From assembly GCF_001194135.2 (NCBI RefSeq), contig NC_068981.1, positions 9,508,210 to 9,559,844 on the forward strand: a stretch of 51,635 bases of DNA, read 5' to 3'. Origin of the DNA: Octopus bimaculoides (Eukaryota). The position numbers and the translations under genes are program-made. The notes below the pieces were generated by a model. That model was not told where the DNA came from and searched no databases. It saw nothing but the letters and a program-made list of their open reading frames with translations. Below, one piece after another: positions 37,785-49,372 of the stretch; within the stretch, counting starts at the first letter, position 1, and each line of letters begins with the position of its first letter.

Positions 37785-38454
37785 NNNNNNNNNNNNNNNN
37801 NNNNNNNNNNNNNNNNNNNNNNNNNNNNNNNNNNNNNNNNNNNNNNNNNNNNNNNNNNNNNNNNNNNNNNNNNNNNNNNNNNNNNNNNNNNNNNNNNNNN
37901 NNNNNNNNNNNNNNNNNNNNNNNNNNNNNNNNNNNNNNNNNNNNNNNNNNNNNNNNNNNNNNNNNNNNNNNNNNNNNNNNNNNNNNNNNNNNNNNNNNNN
38001 NNNNNNNNNNNNNNNNNNNNNNNNNNNNNNNNNNNNNNNNNNNNNNNNNNNNNNNNNNNNNNNNNNNNNNNNNNNNNNNNNNNNNNNNNNNNNNNNNNNN
38101 NNNNNNNNNNNNNNNNNNNNNNNNNNNNNNNNNNNNNNNNNNNNNNNNNNNNNNNNNNNNNNNNNNNNNNNNNNNNNNNNNNNNNNNNNNNNNNNNNNNN
38201 NNNNNNNNNNNNNNNNNNNNNNNNNNNNNNNNNNNNNNNNNNNNNNNNNNNNNNNNNNNNNNNNNNNNNNNNNNNNNNNNNNNNNNNNNNNNNNNNNNNN
38301 NNNNNNNNNNNNNNNNNNNNNNNNNNNNNNNNNNNNNNNNNNNNNNNNNNNNNNNNNNNNNNNNNNNNNNNNNNNNNNNNNNNNNNNNNNNNNNNNNNNN
38401 NNNNNNNNNNNNNNNNNNNNNNNNNNNNNNNNNTATATATATATATATATATAT

Positions 38455-38665
38455 TTGTATGCCTGTGTTTGTCTCCCCCACCATCACTTGACAACCGATG
38501 TGGGTGTGTTTACGTCCCCGTAACCTGGCGGTTCGGCAAAAGGGACCTATAGAATAAGTACTAGGCTTAGAAAGAATAATTCCTGGGGTTGATTTGTTCG
38601 AACTAAAGGTAGTGCCCCAGCATGGTCGCAGTCAAATGACTAAAACAAGCAAAAGTATAAAATAA
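38455..38665 (+). mobile_element. SINE family B 3' domain
   Basis: Follows a TA tract at the gap edge. Confidence 0.85.
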
Positions 38666-38676
38666 TGATTTCCTTA

Positions 38677-38850
38677 GGCGGTGAGCCAGCAGATTCGTTG
38701 CTGCATCGGCAACAATACTTAGCGGCATTTCTTCGAACCTCACATTCTGAGTTCAAACGTCGCCCGAGTCGACTTTAAAATTCATCCTATCTGAGGTCGA
38801 TATAATCGACTTGATCCCTCGTCCGAAATTGCTGGCCTTGTGCCAAAATT
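38677..38850 (+). mobile_element. SINE family A, diverged and internally deleted
   Basis: ggcggtgagccagcag head and ctgagttcaaa box. Confidence 0.7.
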
Positions 38851-39469
38851 TGAAATTAATATTTTTATCATTATTTTTTTTTTTTCGTTTGTCACTGACG
38901 AAACAGGATTGCTACCCTCACTTGAGAAGCTCACCATCACCACCATTTCCGTGGCCATTACTAAAAACAGCTTCATTCCACCCTTTCAATAATCGATAAC
39001 GCCAATACAAATGTCATCCGCTAGGGCAGTGGTTATCAAATGACAAATACTCACGCCTCCAGCAAAATATTAGCGACATTTTTTGCCTTCTTGCTTCGTT
39101 TTATTAATGAGAAGACACCATTGAGCTGGCATCTCAACATTTTTTCTTTCTTCGTCATGGTGTCGGAAAAGTTTTAAAAAAGTTGAACGCCATCTTTATT
39201 TTTATTAAACATAGCAATTTGTTCGCTGCCCCCTTCTTCAATCCTCACAGCCATCCCTATTGGAAATATTGTGTAACAAGAAAGATATCCACTTTTCACC
39301 CCACCCCTCCACCCATTTTCCCATTCAGTTACTAAATACGTTATAAATTTAATGAGTCAATAAAATTTAATTTACGACTAATAAAATCAACCACCAACCA
39401 ATGAAGTACCTCTGCGTGGACTCCCGATCTGCTAGAAATAACAGTCAAAATCATTTTTCGAATTACATT

Positions 39470-39621
39470 CTGTCGTTCTGATTTCAAATACCGCCGAGGT
39501 CGACTTTGCCTTTCATCCTTTCGGGGTCGATAAATGAAATACCAGTTGCGTACTGGAGTCGATCTAATCGACTGGCCCCCTCCCCCAAAATTTCGGGCCT
39601 TGTGCTTAAAGTAGGAAAGAA
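39470..39621 (+). mobile_element. SINE family A core and tail
   Basis: ccgccgaggtcgactttgcctttcatcctttcggggtcgataaa...ccttgtgcttaaagtaggaaag. Confidence 0.88.
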
Positions 39622-40606
39622 TATAATATTTACTTTTTAAGTTAGGTGCAAGGCCGAAATATATTTTTAGGTGGGCGGAGTTATACATGGTTAAAAATAC
39701 CGGTACTCGACTAGTGTTTACCTTATCAATACAGGATCAGGAAAACAAAGTCGACATTAGAAGGATTTTGGACTCAGCTGTCGACATAAGAGGGCGTAAG
39801 TATACAACACAAATCATTTTATTGGACGCTCTACTGATTCTGTTAATCTACAATTCTGCCTCCAAAACATTTTATTTCATGCTTAACGATTCTGATAATC
39901 CATCTATTCTAATCTCCTATTATAATTGTGGTACTTATTCTATTGATTCAAGATGAATGACATTCAGTGCTAACGTTAATTGAATGGACGTATACACGAT
40001 ATTCAGATTGCCGAAAAGAGAATTTAAGAAATTAATCTGAAAAAGAATAATAGAATCGAAAACAGTGAACCCGATTCTGTTCACTTGAAGCCGCAAAGTG
40101 TACTTAATATATTCTATAGGTGGCTTTAATGTAATTGAGAGTTTTGCTTCTAAGGAAATTTTTTTAACTAGCATGCTCGGCAAGTAATTCGATTAGTCTT
40201 TAGAAACGATTGAAAATTTAGCGAAATCAAATTACGAAATTATTGTACCATGTGAAAAGAAATGTTTTGCTTCATTCTTTTGAGAAAGTCATTTCCTTAA
40301 AGCAAGCAATGACTGTTAAAAACAATGTTTTGTCGTTCCAAATTTATACAAAATTTCGCCATTTTTTAATTAATTAGAACGTGGGTCATCTTGGCTATAT
40401 TATCGTATTTTCCAGAAGCCAGTTCCAGAGAATACGATTTAAGGAAGGACGTTTGAATGATTTAACGCGGTCTCCATTGCCCATGGAATAAACTAGAAAC
40501 AGCTTTTGCATGAATAATGGAAGTCTATTGCATATGAAAGAATCCATTATATTATTGCTTTGATCAGTCATATGGAAACGAGCTTTTATTGCTTTCAGCA
40601 CATACA

Positions 40607-40673
<67 letters not shown>

Positions 40674-42561
40674 NNNNNNNNNNNNNNNNNNNNNNNNNNN
40701 NNNNNNNNNNNNNNNNNNNNNNNNNNNNNNNNNNNNNNNNNNNNNNNNNNNNNNNNNNNNNNNNNNNNNNNNNNNNNNNNNNNNNNNNNNNNNNNNNNNN
40801 NNNNNNNNNNNNNNNNNNNNNNNNNNNNNNNNNNNNNNNNNNNNNNNNNNNNNNNNNNNNNNNNNNNNNNNNNNNNNNNNNNNNNNNNNNNNNNNNNNNN
40901 NNNNNNNNNNNNNNNNNNNNNNNNNNNNNNNNNNNNNNNNNNNNNNNNNNNNNNNNNNNNNNNNNNNNNNNNNNNNNNNNNNNNNNNNNNNNNNNNNNNN
41001 NNNNNNNNNNNNNNNNNNNNNNNNNNNNNNNNNNNNNNNNNNNNNNNNNNNNNNNNNNNNNNNNNNNNNNNNNNNNNNNNNNNNNNNNNNNNNNNNNNNN
41101 NNNNNNNNNNNNNNNNNNNNNNNNNNNNNNNNNNNNNNNNNNNNNNNNNNNNNNNNNNNNNNNNNNNNNNNNNNNNNNNNNNNNNNNNNNNNNNNNNNNN
41201 NNNNNNNNNNNNNNNNNNNNNNNNNNNNNNNNNNNNNNNNNNNNNNNNNNNNNNNNNNNNNNNNNNNNNNNNNNNNNNNNNNNNNNNNNNNNNNNTATAT
41301 ATATATATATATATGCATATAGATACATGTGTATATGTCTGGGGTTAGTAAAAAATATTACAAAATGCTAGTAATAAAATCATATAACTATATTGTCACA
41401 TATAATGTCATAAAAAGAGTAAAGCTTGTGAAAAAGTAGATTGGTGTCCTAAAAAAATAATACCAAAACTAAAAAAAAAAAGAAAATACAATAGATGAAA
41501 GAGTTTTGTAGTAAAGGTCACTATCAACTAACATTACCAAAAGAGAATTGAGAAATTCATTTATTTGCAATTAATAATCCCAGACGCCCCGAATAATCAA
41601 GTATGATCTCAGAAGGAATAAATAAACGTTAGCTAGGTATTCTTTGGAGAGAGAGAAAAAAAATATATTGTGTTCTCATTAATATGCTGTAATGTCCAAA
41701 GAGTAAAAGAAGGCGATAAAATATTTTATACAAATACCAATAGGTGTGGTGGCCTGAATAGCTTAGTAGAGTTGGCAAATAAAAGCAATAATTTCGACGG
41801 CTTTTAAAGGCAAGTGTAGAGACGATGATAGTATGATGGAATTGAAAGTCTTACGTTTGAAGAAAATGGCCTTTTTTTGAAAAGGTAATCTCTCTTGGGG
41901 CCATTTTTCTGGCTCTAAAGAATTTTCTTTCTTTCTTTCTTTCATACACACAAACACACACGTACACATACACCACGCATATCCACACACGTGTACAGGC
42001 AGACTCTCACAGGTACATTACAAATATGAATTTTTCTTTCCATATGCTGCTATCGTTGTTGTAGATGTGTAACACCAAGTCAACATAGATCGAATAGACC
42101 TATATTCAAAGACATTCCAGCCGTGGCAACCCTGTCATTTTCTATATTAGGGACTACATTATCAAATATGTTCTTTTCTTTCTTTTTGATTTACAATAAT
42201 ATAATTCAAAATGGAGATTTAGCTGATATTTCTATCAGCGTGAGCAACCATGCAGAACCTTCTACTTGGTTTGTCCTGAATATAGTTTGTGAAGGCGCTT
42301 CGCCCCACTATTCCATTCTTGCATGGCAGAATTGGCTGTCGCAGATTTTCTACAGCTGGATATTCTTGCTGTCACCAAACTATACTTGTTTCTAAAAAAT
42401 TTAAAAAAAAGGTATTATTTTCACAACTGGACATGTTTCCATGGATGATAAGAAACGAATGACACCGCTTGTATTACGGTAGCACTCGTTAACATCTATC
42501 ACTCGATGGCAGGACAAGGAAGTACAACCACACACATATACATACATATATACTTATATAT

Positions 42562-42643
42562 AAATTGACAGAATGAGATTAAAAAAACCAAGGCAGTAAA
42601 TAGATTTCATGCCTTGGTTTTTTTAATCTCATTCTGTGAATTT
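42562..42643. repeat. Perfect 28-bp-stem hairpin
   Basis: 42568-42595 is exactly complementary to 42610-42637, with a 14-nt loop and 5 more pairs beyond a G-G mismatch. Confidence 0.92.
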
Positions 42644-43002
42644 TTATATCTGCATGCTAATACATGATCCACGTTGGACTCCTCACTCGTATTATTATCG
42701 AGCCTGGAGCTTAACCATGGTCTATCCATAGCACTTAGCGTTTACTCGATACCTCTTGGGTCTTCCTGACACCAATACCTTTCATATTCTTGATACATAT
42801 ATACTAATATATATTCGACGGGCGTCTTTCAGTTTTCCTCTATCTAATCCACTCATTCGGTATGAAAGACAAAAGATTTTTCATGTTCAACACTAAAGTG
42901 AGAACACAAACGCGCCATTTCGGATATTTGCATAATATTCAGAAACAATTATTATGATACATGTAAGTATATGATACAGGTGAACTTTCGAAATATATAT
43001 GT

Positions 43003-43955
43003 ATATATATATTCATATGTGAACGTGTGTGTGTTTTTGTGTACTTGAGTGAGTGTATGTGTGTGTGTGTGCGTACGCTCGCCAACGCAAACCTATGCAG
43101 CCATTTTGCCTCAAAATTCGGAATGATTTATTTGTAAAATTTGTTTTTTAAACATTACCCAGAAAGTGAAAGATAATCATTACATAAAGTAGCAACGTAA
43201 CCCCAAGATAGAAATGTCATAAGTATATCGTTTTGTAGTCTCCACAACATGCTATTTTGTTGACAAATTTACGTGCATATTTCGAAAGTTCATCTATATT
43301 ATATATCTGCATTTTGTGTGTNNNNNNNNNNNNNNNNNNNNNNNNNNNNNNNNNNNNNNNNNNNNNNNNNNNNNNNNNNNNNNNNNNNNNNNNNNNNNNN
43401 NNNNNNNNNNNNNNNNNNNNNNNNNNNNNNNNNNNNNNNNNNATTTTTTTATTTTCGTATATAATAAATACATAACATAAAACTATTTACCCCTGGAGGT
43501 TAAAAAAATAAAACTAGTTTTATTTTAACAAAATATTTATGTATAAATATGTATAAAAAATTAGCGCATTCTCCACGTTCAGTGTTTTCTCTATATGTGA
43601 ATATAGACATACGCAAATGCACACGTATATATATATATATATATATTCATATGTGAACGTGTGTGTGTTTTTGTGTACTTGAGTGAGTGTATGTGTGTGT
43701 GTGTGCGTACGCTCGCCAACGCAAACCTATGCAGCCATTTTGCCTCAAAATTCGGAATGATTTATTTGTAAAATTTGTTTTTTAAACATTACCCAGAAAG
43801 TGAAAGATAATCATTACATAAAGTAGCAACGTAACCCCAAGATAGAAATGTCATAAGTATATCGTTTTGTAGTCTCCACAACATGCTATTTTGTTGACAA
43901 ATTTACGTGCATATTTCGAAAGTTCATCTATATTATATATCTGCATTTTGTGTGT
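43003..43955 (+). repeat. ~320-bp direct duplication across a gap (likely assembly overlap)
   Basis: 43003-43321 matches about 43637-43955 with no visible difference. Confidence 0.85.
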
Positions 43956-43989
43956 TTGTTCGTGTATACGTATCCATTAATATGAAATA

Positions 43990-44717
43990 TAGGTGGAGAA
44001 GAAAGGACGGACGTTTTTGAAAAATTCACAAAATCATTAGTTTTAGCTGCAAACAAATTTTATTAACATCGTATTGAATTAGCATTTGTCAAAATTAAGC
44101 GTAGAAAACAACATCCATCATGTGATGTCTGTTTTCGTTGATGCATTTCTGAAGGCGTTCTTAGAAGTTGGCCTCCACTATCAGCAATTGCTCTGTGTAT
44201 AGCCCCATGGTTTCAACTGTTGCCCAATGGCCAATTTGTACGTGTGGAAATGCAGGTTTTCATGCAAAATATACCTTAACTATCAATTACCAATGCCAAG
44301 TTCAGCGGAATGCCTCCGAACAGAGCAATTCGGACTTCGTATCAAAACTTGTGTGACATGTTTCACATTTTCTGGGGTCCGTACCGTTCATGGCACCTCC
44401 ACCGGTTTCCTGTTCATTAGTGTACCTCGTGTACGAAGTGCATTCGCCCAACGTAAGATTGTGTAACGGGTGGGAACAGCCTGATTTCGGTGAATGTTTA
44501 AGTGGCGCCGAAACACACGCTGAACTGCCGTGACAGAATCGTTATTCTTCACGTAACTGTTGTAGGCAAACACGCGATGCTCTAGCTTTTCACAGTACAA
44601 ATTAAAAGATAATGCTAAGATATCAAGGACCAAATGGTACCTGTCAGACATATGTCTCTCCCACTGGGGCTGAGTAATAGCCATTTCACAAACGTCCATC
44701 CTCTCTGCCCCATCCTG
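43990..44717 (-). mobile_element. Internally deleted Tc1/mariner-superfamily transposon
   Basis: N-terminal DNA-binding region LEHRVFAYNSYVKNNDSVTAVQRVFRRHLNIHRNQAVPTRYTILRW...HTYKLAIGQQLKP is joined to the C-terminus ERLQKCINENRHHMMDVVF. Imperfect ~30-bp TIRs with TA at 43988-43989 and 44718-44719. Confidence 0.88.
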
Positions 44718-44774
44718 TATTATATGCATACACACACATACAATGGCGGACTGGCCAGGTTGCCAGCTAGTGGG

Positions 44775-45088
44775 GCAAGTGGGCCCCTTCGGCATTAGTA
44801 TCCATATACGGGGTCCCATGTTAGTATTTAAGGGGTCCATCCCCTCAAGTTTCAGAATTTTTTATTCACTCCTGGAAAAATACATTAATTATTTCAGCCT
44901 GGCTGTGTTTGTAGACAGTTGAAAAGAATTCTTTTAACGAAAGAAAAAATTAAATGATAGCGTTGTAATTGCAAGTGGGCCCCTTCGGCATTAGTATCCA
45001 TATACGGGGTCCCATGTTAGTATTTAAGGGGTCCATCCCCTCAAGTTTCAGAATTTTTTATTCACTCCTGGAAAAATACATTAATTAT
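44775..45088 (+). repeat. 196-bp-period direct repeat running into a gap
   Basis: gcaagtgggccccttcgg... starts at 44775 and 44971, identical for about 118 bp. Confidence 0.85.
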
Positions 45089-45442
45089 NNNNNNNNNNNN
45101 NNNNNNNNNNNNNNNNNNNNNNNNNNNNNNNNNNNNNNNNNNNNNNNNNNNNNNNNNNNNNNNNNNNNNNNNNNNNNNNNNNNNNNNNNNNNNNNNNNNN
45201 NNNNNNNNNNNNNNNNNNNNNNNNNNNNNNNNNNNNNNNNNNNNNNNNNNNNNNNNNNNNNNNNNNNNNNNNNNNNNNNNNNNNNNNNNNNNNNNNNNNN
45301 NNNNNNNNNNNNNNNNNNNNNNNNNNNNNNNNNNNNNNNNNNNNNNNNNNNNNNNNNNNNNNNNNNNNNNNNNNNNNNNNNNNNNNNNNNNNNNNNNNNN
45401 NNNNNNNNNNNNNNNNNNNNNNNNNNNNNNNNNNNNNNNNNN

Positions 45443-45992
45443 TATATATATAGCTTTCTTGGATTTGTTACCATCTTCTGGCTCTGTTTTACGCTTCTTA
45501 GTTTCTTTTGAACCATCAGTTTTTCCATTGAGCTTTGGTTTAGGAGACTCTTCTGATTCTTCTTCAGATTCTTCATCAGAATCCTCTTCAGAATCCTCTT
45601 CAGAATCATCTGATTCAGCAGCCTTTTTGACTTTTTCTCCTTTTTTTGCTTTCTTTTCCTCTTTTACTTTCTTTTCCCCTTTTATTTTCTCTTTTTTTTA
45701 CTTTTTCATCCTTTACTTTTTTATCTTTTGTTTTCTTTTTATCTTCTACTTCCTCTTCCTCCTCTTCCTCACTACTTCCTTCTTCTTCACTGTCACTGGA
45801 TTCTTCCTTCTTTTTCTTTGCAGCAACCTGGCTTTGTTTTGACTGCTTCTTAGCTTTTGTAGCAACTGGAGCTTCAACTTCCATTTCTTCTGATTCTGAA
45901 GAGGACTCTTCTGAAGATTCTTCAGGTTCTACAGGTTTTGGAGGTTTAACAGTCTTTTTGGAAGCCTTTTCTTTATTCTTTTTACCATCCAT
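45443..45992 (-). CDS. Acidic/Lys-rich nucleolar-type protein exon (nucleolin/Nopp140-like N-terminus) with a 1-nt frameshift; possibly a pseudogene
   Basis: ATG at 45992 gives MDGKKNKEK..EESSEESSSESEE..; removing one A from the A8 run (45692-45699) continues the frame as KEKIKGEKK..SDDSEEDSEEDSDEESEEESEES..KKRKTEPEDG. Acceptor-like sites at 46054 and 46004; weak donor GTAACA at 45471. Confidence 0.55.
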
Positions 45993-46162
45993 TTCACTTT
46001 CTTCTGAATATTAACTTGGAGTGACTTGAACGAAGTGATTGAGTATGTAACTTCTGCGTAAAGGCATTGAGAACAAAGAAGGCAGTCAGAATTTTGGATA
46101 ATTCTTTATTAGGGCTGCCCCCTTTTTCTCAATCTACAATATCTGTACACTATTTTAAACAT

Positions 46163-46166
<4 letters not shown>

Positions 46167-46228
<62 letters not shown>
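46167..46228. repeat. (CA)n microsatellite
   Basis: Seen directly. Confidence 0.98.
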
Positions 46229-46231
<3 letters not shown>

Positions 46232-46339
46232 GTAGTTTGAAAGACGAGAGAATTTGTGGCTGAAATATTAAATACAAATATATGACATGTAAAAGGCCTA
46301 ACCACTAAGCCACGCGCCTTCAACGATACCCATGTACAC

Positions 46340-46960
46340 AAGTGAGCGAACAAACGAAAGAAAAGTAGCACTCAATAACTTTCAGTTGGAGTTACATTTA
46401 TTCAATAACAGTCTGACTTAGCTCTACATCACGTAAAGTTTCATGGACATAGGGCAAACCACCTCATCGGATACTCGGAACACCTGATGACACCGGATGT
46501 ACGTATGTATGCGTATAGTAAACCCACTCCGTAGTGCAACCCATTTTGCACTGATTTCTTGGAGTCCATTTTTTTTAGCGGGACAACTATATTATAAAAA
46601 TTTTCTGCTAAAATGTACTCCCACATACACTCACATTGTCTACACACAATATTTTTCCCATCATGAATCGCAAAATAGCCTGCCTTACCGATATGCCGAA
46701 AGTTCATTTAAGTTTCCGAGAACAATTCAGCACTGTTCATAACTGGTCGAAGTTGGTTTGTTAGATCCAAATAATAGCATAACCTTCAAGGCGTTCGTGC
46801 GTCTTAGAATCTACAAGAATAGACAAGCAAGTAATCAAGAAATTATTCCAGGTATTGATAAGTATTATCGAATATGGCAGCGACTCTCGCTAACTTGTAT
46901 TCCGCATGGATTAAAACAGACCTTTCCATGAAAAGAATACTATCCCGCACTTTCATCTCC
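46340..46960 (-). mobile_element. Possible heavily decayed Penelope-like RT
   Basis: LARVAAIFDNTYQYLE*FLDYLL, CKMGCTT, PYVHETL and INVTPTES loosely follow the PLE motif order RPIV / MGS / RYVDD / IKFT.E. Confidence 0.35.
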
Positions 46961-47279
46961 CGAGAAGAAAGAAATATGCTTCTTGTGCACGGCCGTTTAA
47001 AACTACTTTTCGGTGGCAATGCGTTTAAGAAACTCCAGGCTGAAGTTAATGTTCGTTTATCAGTTATATCGAAGATGTATCGTTTGAATAAAAATTGATA
47101 TAAGAAAATATCATACATGTATATTTATTGTAAAATATTAAGTATTTATGATGAAATACTTACATATGAGGGGGGGGGGGTAGACGTGTAAGACTATACA
47201 GCTTCTCAAAACAGAGGAAGAAGAGATGAAGCTAATAAGATGAAGAAAGACATACTTAAAATCAGAGAGGAACGGAGTT

Positions 47280-48270
47280 ACAGGTAAGGTGTTAGGTGAG
47301 TAATGTTAATTTAGGTGTAAGAGAGAAAATGAAACATGCGTAGAAAGATGGCTGTTGAAAGGTATAAGATGGTGAAATAATTAAACGTACGTTATGGTTC
47401 TTTAGGAGAAGGGCAAGTATTTCTTTCAAAAAACGGGATTTTCCTGATAGATGAATATATTTGTTAAAAATCGGAAGCAAACATATTGGAGCAGAAGGAA
47501 TTGCTATGAATGGAAGTAAAGTGTGAAATAAAAAGGAAGCATAAATAAATAAATAAAATGATAGATGTGGTTAAGGGGGGGGGGGTGAAACGAGGCAAGG
47601 ATGATGAGAAACGAAGCTGAAGGTGATGAGGACATGTTGAAACCAAATATATTCAAATGGACAATGGATAATATAAAATGTAAATTGAGAAATGCTAAAT
47701 ACATTCATAAATGCATTTATTCTAGTTTGTCTTATTAATGACCATTAATATGGCGTGAAATTAACAAATAGAAGTCTGCCAGGTTGAATTTCCTCCACAA
47801 TGAATCTAATATGTAAAATCCTACAAGTTCACAGACCTCAGCTTCATCGCATGAGCCCGGAGCGATATCAAATAGCAAGTCGTCATTACGCTTTACCCAA
47901 AGGTTGTTTCCAAAGAATGGTAAATACTTTCTGGCGTGCATGATAATCGCATTGTCAAGGTCGCAAACAGAGATGAAATTCTTGTATGAAGTCGAAGATG
48001 CTTTGAGATAGAGGAGAAGAACTCATCAATATTAAATTGGATCAATTTATAATTACGCATACTGTCTATTTGGTTAAGCCAATTAATAACAGCGGAAATG
48101 TTCTTCTACAAAGGCAAAATTGTGGCTTGATGAACTTAAGCGATAATTCTATCTAAGATAAGCGTGCATTCTATTGTTTGTTAGGCCTGATAAAACTGCA
48201 TTTAGGGTCAGCTAAAATGTTATCTCTGAGGTCCTTAAACGAAATGTAGAGATCCCTAACTGCTAAGCAT
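47280..48270 (-). mobile_element. Decayed Penelope-like element reverse transcriptase
   Basis: YISFKDLRDN..PKCSFIRP, KNISAVINWL..LIQFNIDEFFSSIS, IIMHARK..FDIAPGSCDEAEVCELVGFYILD, then PIFNK..FLKEI..KNH. These match PLE RT blocks FITLKDHK, FDIVEFYPSI and FDVTMGSYDGAEVCELVG. Confidence 0.82.
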
Positions 48271-48339
48271 TCAGTTCAATTATTTATATTAAACTTAAAG
48301 TCTAAAGCCTGAATCTCCTTAATTAATATTACGGTATAT

Positions 48340-48340
48340 C

Positions 48341-48386
<46 letters not shown>

Positions 48387-48410
48387 GAGGAGGAGGAGGA
48401 GGAGGAGGAG
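48340..48410. repeat. (GTA)n(GGA)n microsatellite
   Basis: Seen directly. Confidence 0.96.
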
Positions 48411-48910
48411 GGAAGGTGTAGTAGTAACAGTAGTAGTACATCTTGAATTTGTTGGATGTCACGCTGCCCAACTTGTTTCTCTCTCTTGTTTTTCTCCCTT
48501 CTTTCCTTCCTTTTCTGATACACTTCCTTCCTTTTCTTGTTTTCTTCCTCTCCTTTTGCCTTCCCGTCTTAAGTCTTTCTTTCTTTCTTTCGTTTTCACT
48601 TTATCTTTTTTTCTTCTTCTTTAATACTATCTTTAGTAAGTCTCTTTGCTTTCGTTTCGCCCACTTCAACCTCGCCCACTTTTCCTGTTAAACATTTGGT
48701 ACTTATAAAAAAATTTCCTATCTTTCCTTACATAATCTTAATTCATTTATACTTACTTCAATCACCTCAAAACACTCCGCCTTACAATAAGCGCCTTTCA
48801 CAATTTTCATATGCTTTCATCTTTTACTTGTTTTACTCATTAAACTGCGGCCATGCTGGGACTCCGCCGTCAAGAATTTTAGTCGAGCGAACCGACATAT
48901 ATACATATAT

Positions 48911-49030
48911 ATGAAGAGCGTAGGCTCGAAACGTTAAAGCCTTTTTCAATTCCCAAGCGTTATACTAATGCATCTGTTTGTTTTCTACACTACCTGTCTT
49001 CGTCTTTTGTTTTCTTGTGAATTCTCCCTA
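48911..49030 (+). mobile_element. PLE-like terminal repeat fragment with HHR 3' half
   Basis: GAA-GAGC-GTAG-GCTC-GAAAC-GTT-AAAG; homologous to 1865-1990; TA tracts on both sides. Confidence 0.55.
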
Positions 49031-49160
49031 TATATATATATAATGGATAAATCATACAAAATGTATAAATGGATGATAAGTAAAGCATCGGTACAATTTC
49101 GGTTACCCGTTGTTATCCGTAGATTTATAGCAGGAACTTCGTGGTGGCGCTTGGGGTAAC

Positions 49161-49372
49161 AATATTAATAAAATAGATGGAATGTGTAATAGACTTTATT
49201 GGGTAACAACTCATGTTTCGACGACCCGTTCTGGGTCTCTTCAGGTACATCAATAAAATGCCTCACTAGAGATTTCTTGAGTCGGCTTACATACCGCTAT
49301 ATGTTCGAGAATGAGTTAAAACAGAAAAATTAATAAAGGCTAGTACACATTCCATCTCCTATTTTATTAATA
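49161..49372 (-). mobile_element. Foldback element with ~40-bp arms and a degenerate HHR
   Basis: 49161-49200 is the reverse complement of 49332-49372. Minus strand CTGAAGA-GACCC-AGAAC-GGGTC-gtc-GAAAC-ATGA-GTT at 49244-49208, followed by AATAAA. Confidence 0.65.

Noticed and set aside
43003-43955. 320-bp perfect duplication as a biological event
   Set aside because: No visible differences and the first copy ends at a gap. A haplotype or overlap artefact is more likely.
45615-45992. Assigning the gene symbol NCL
   Set aside because: Only low-complexity sequence is visible and there is no RRM. Nopp140 or SRP40-type proteins fit equally well.
45459-46014. Plus-strand Phe/Ser-rich ORFs
   Set aside because: They are antisense shadows of the Lys/Glu-rich minus-strand frame.
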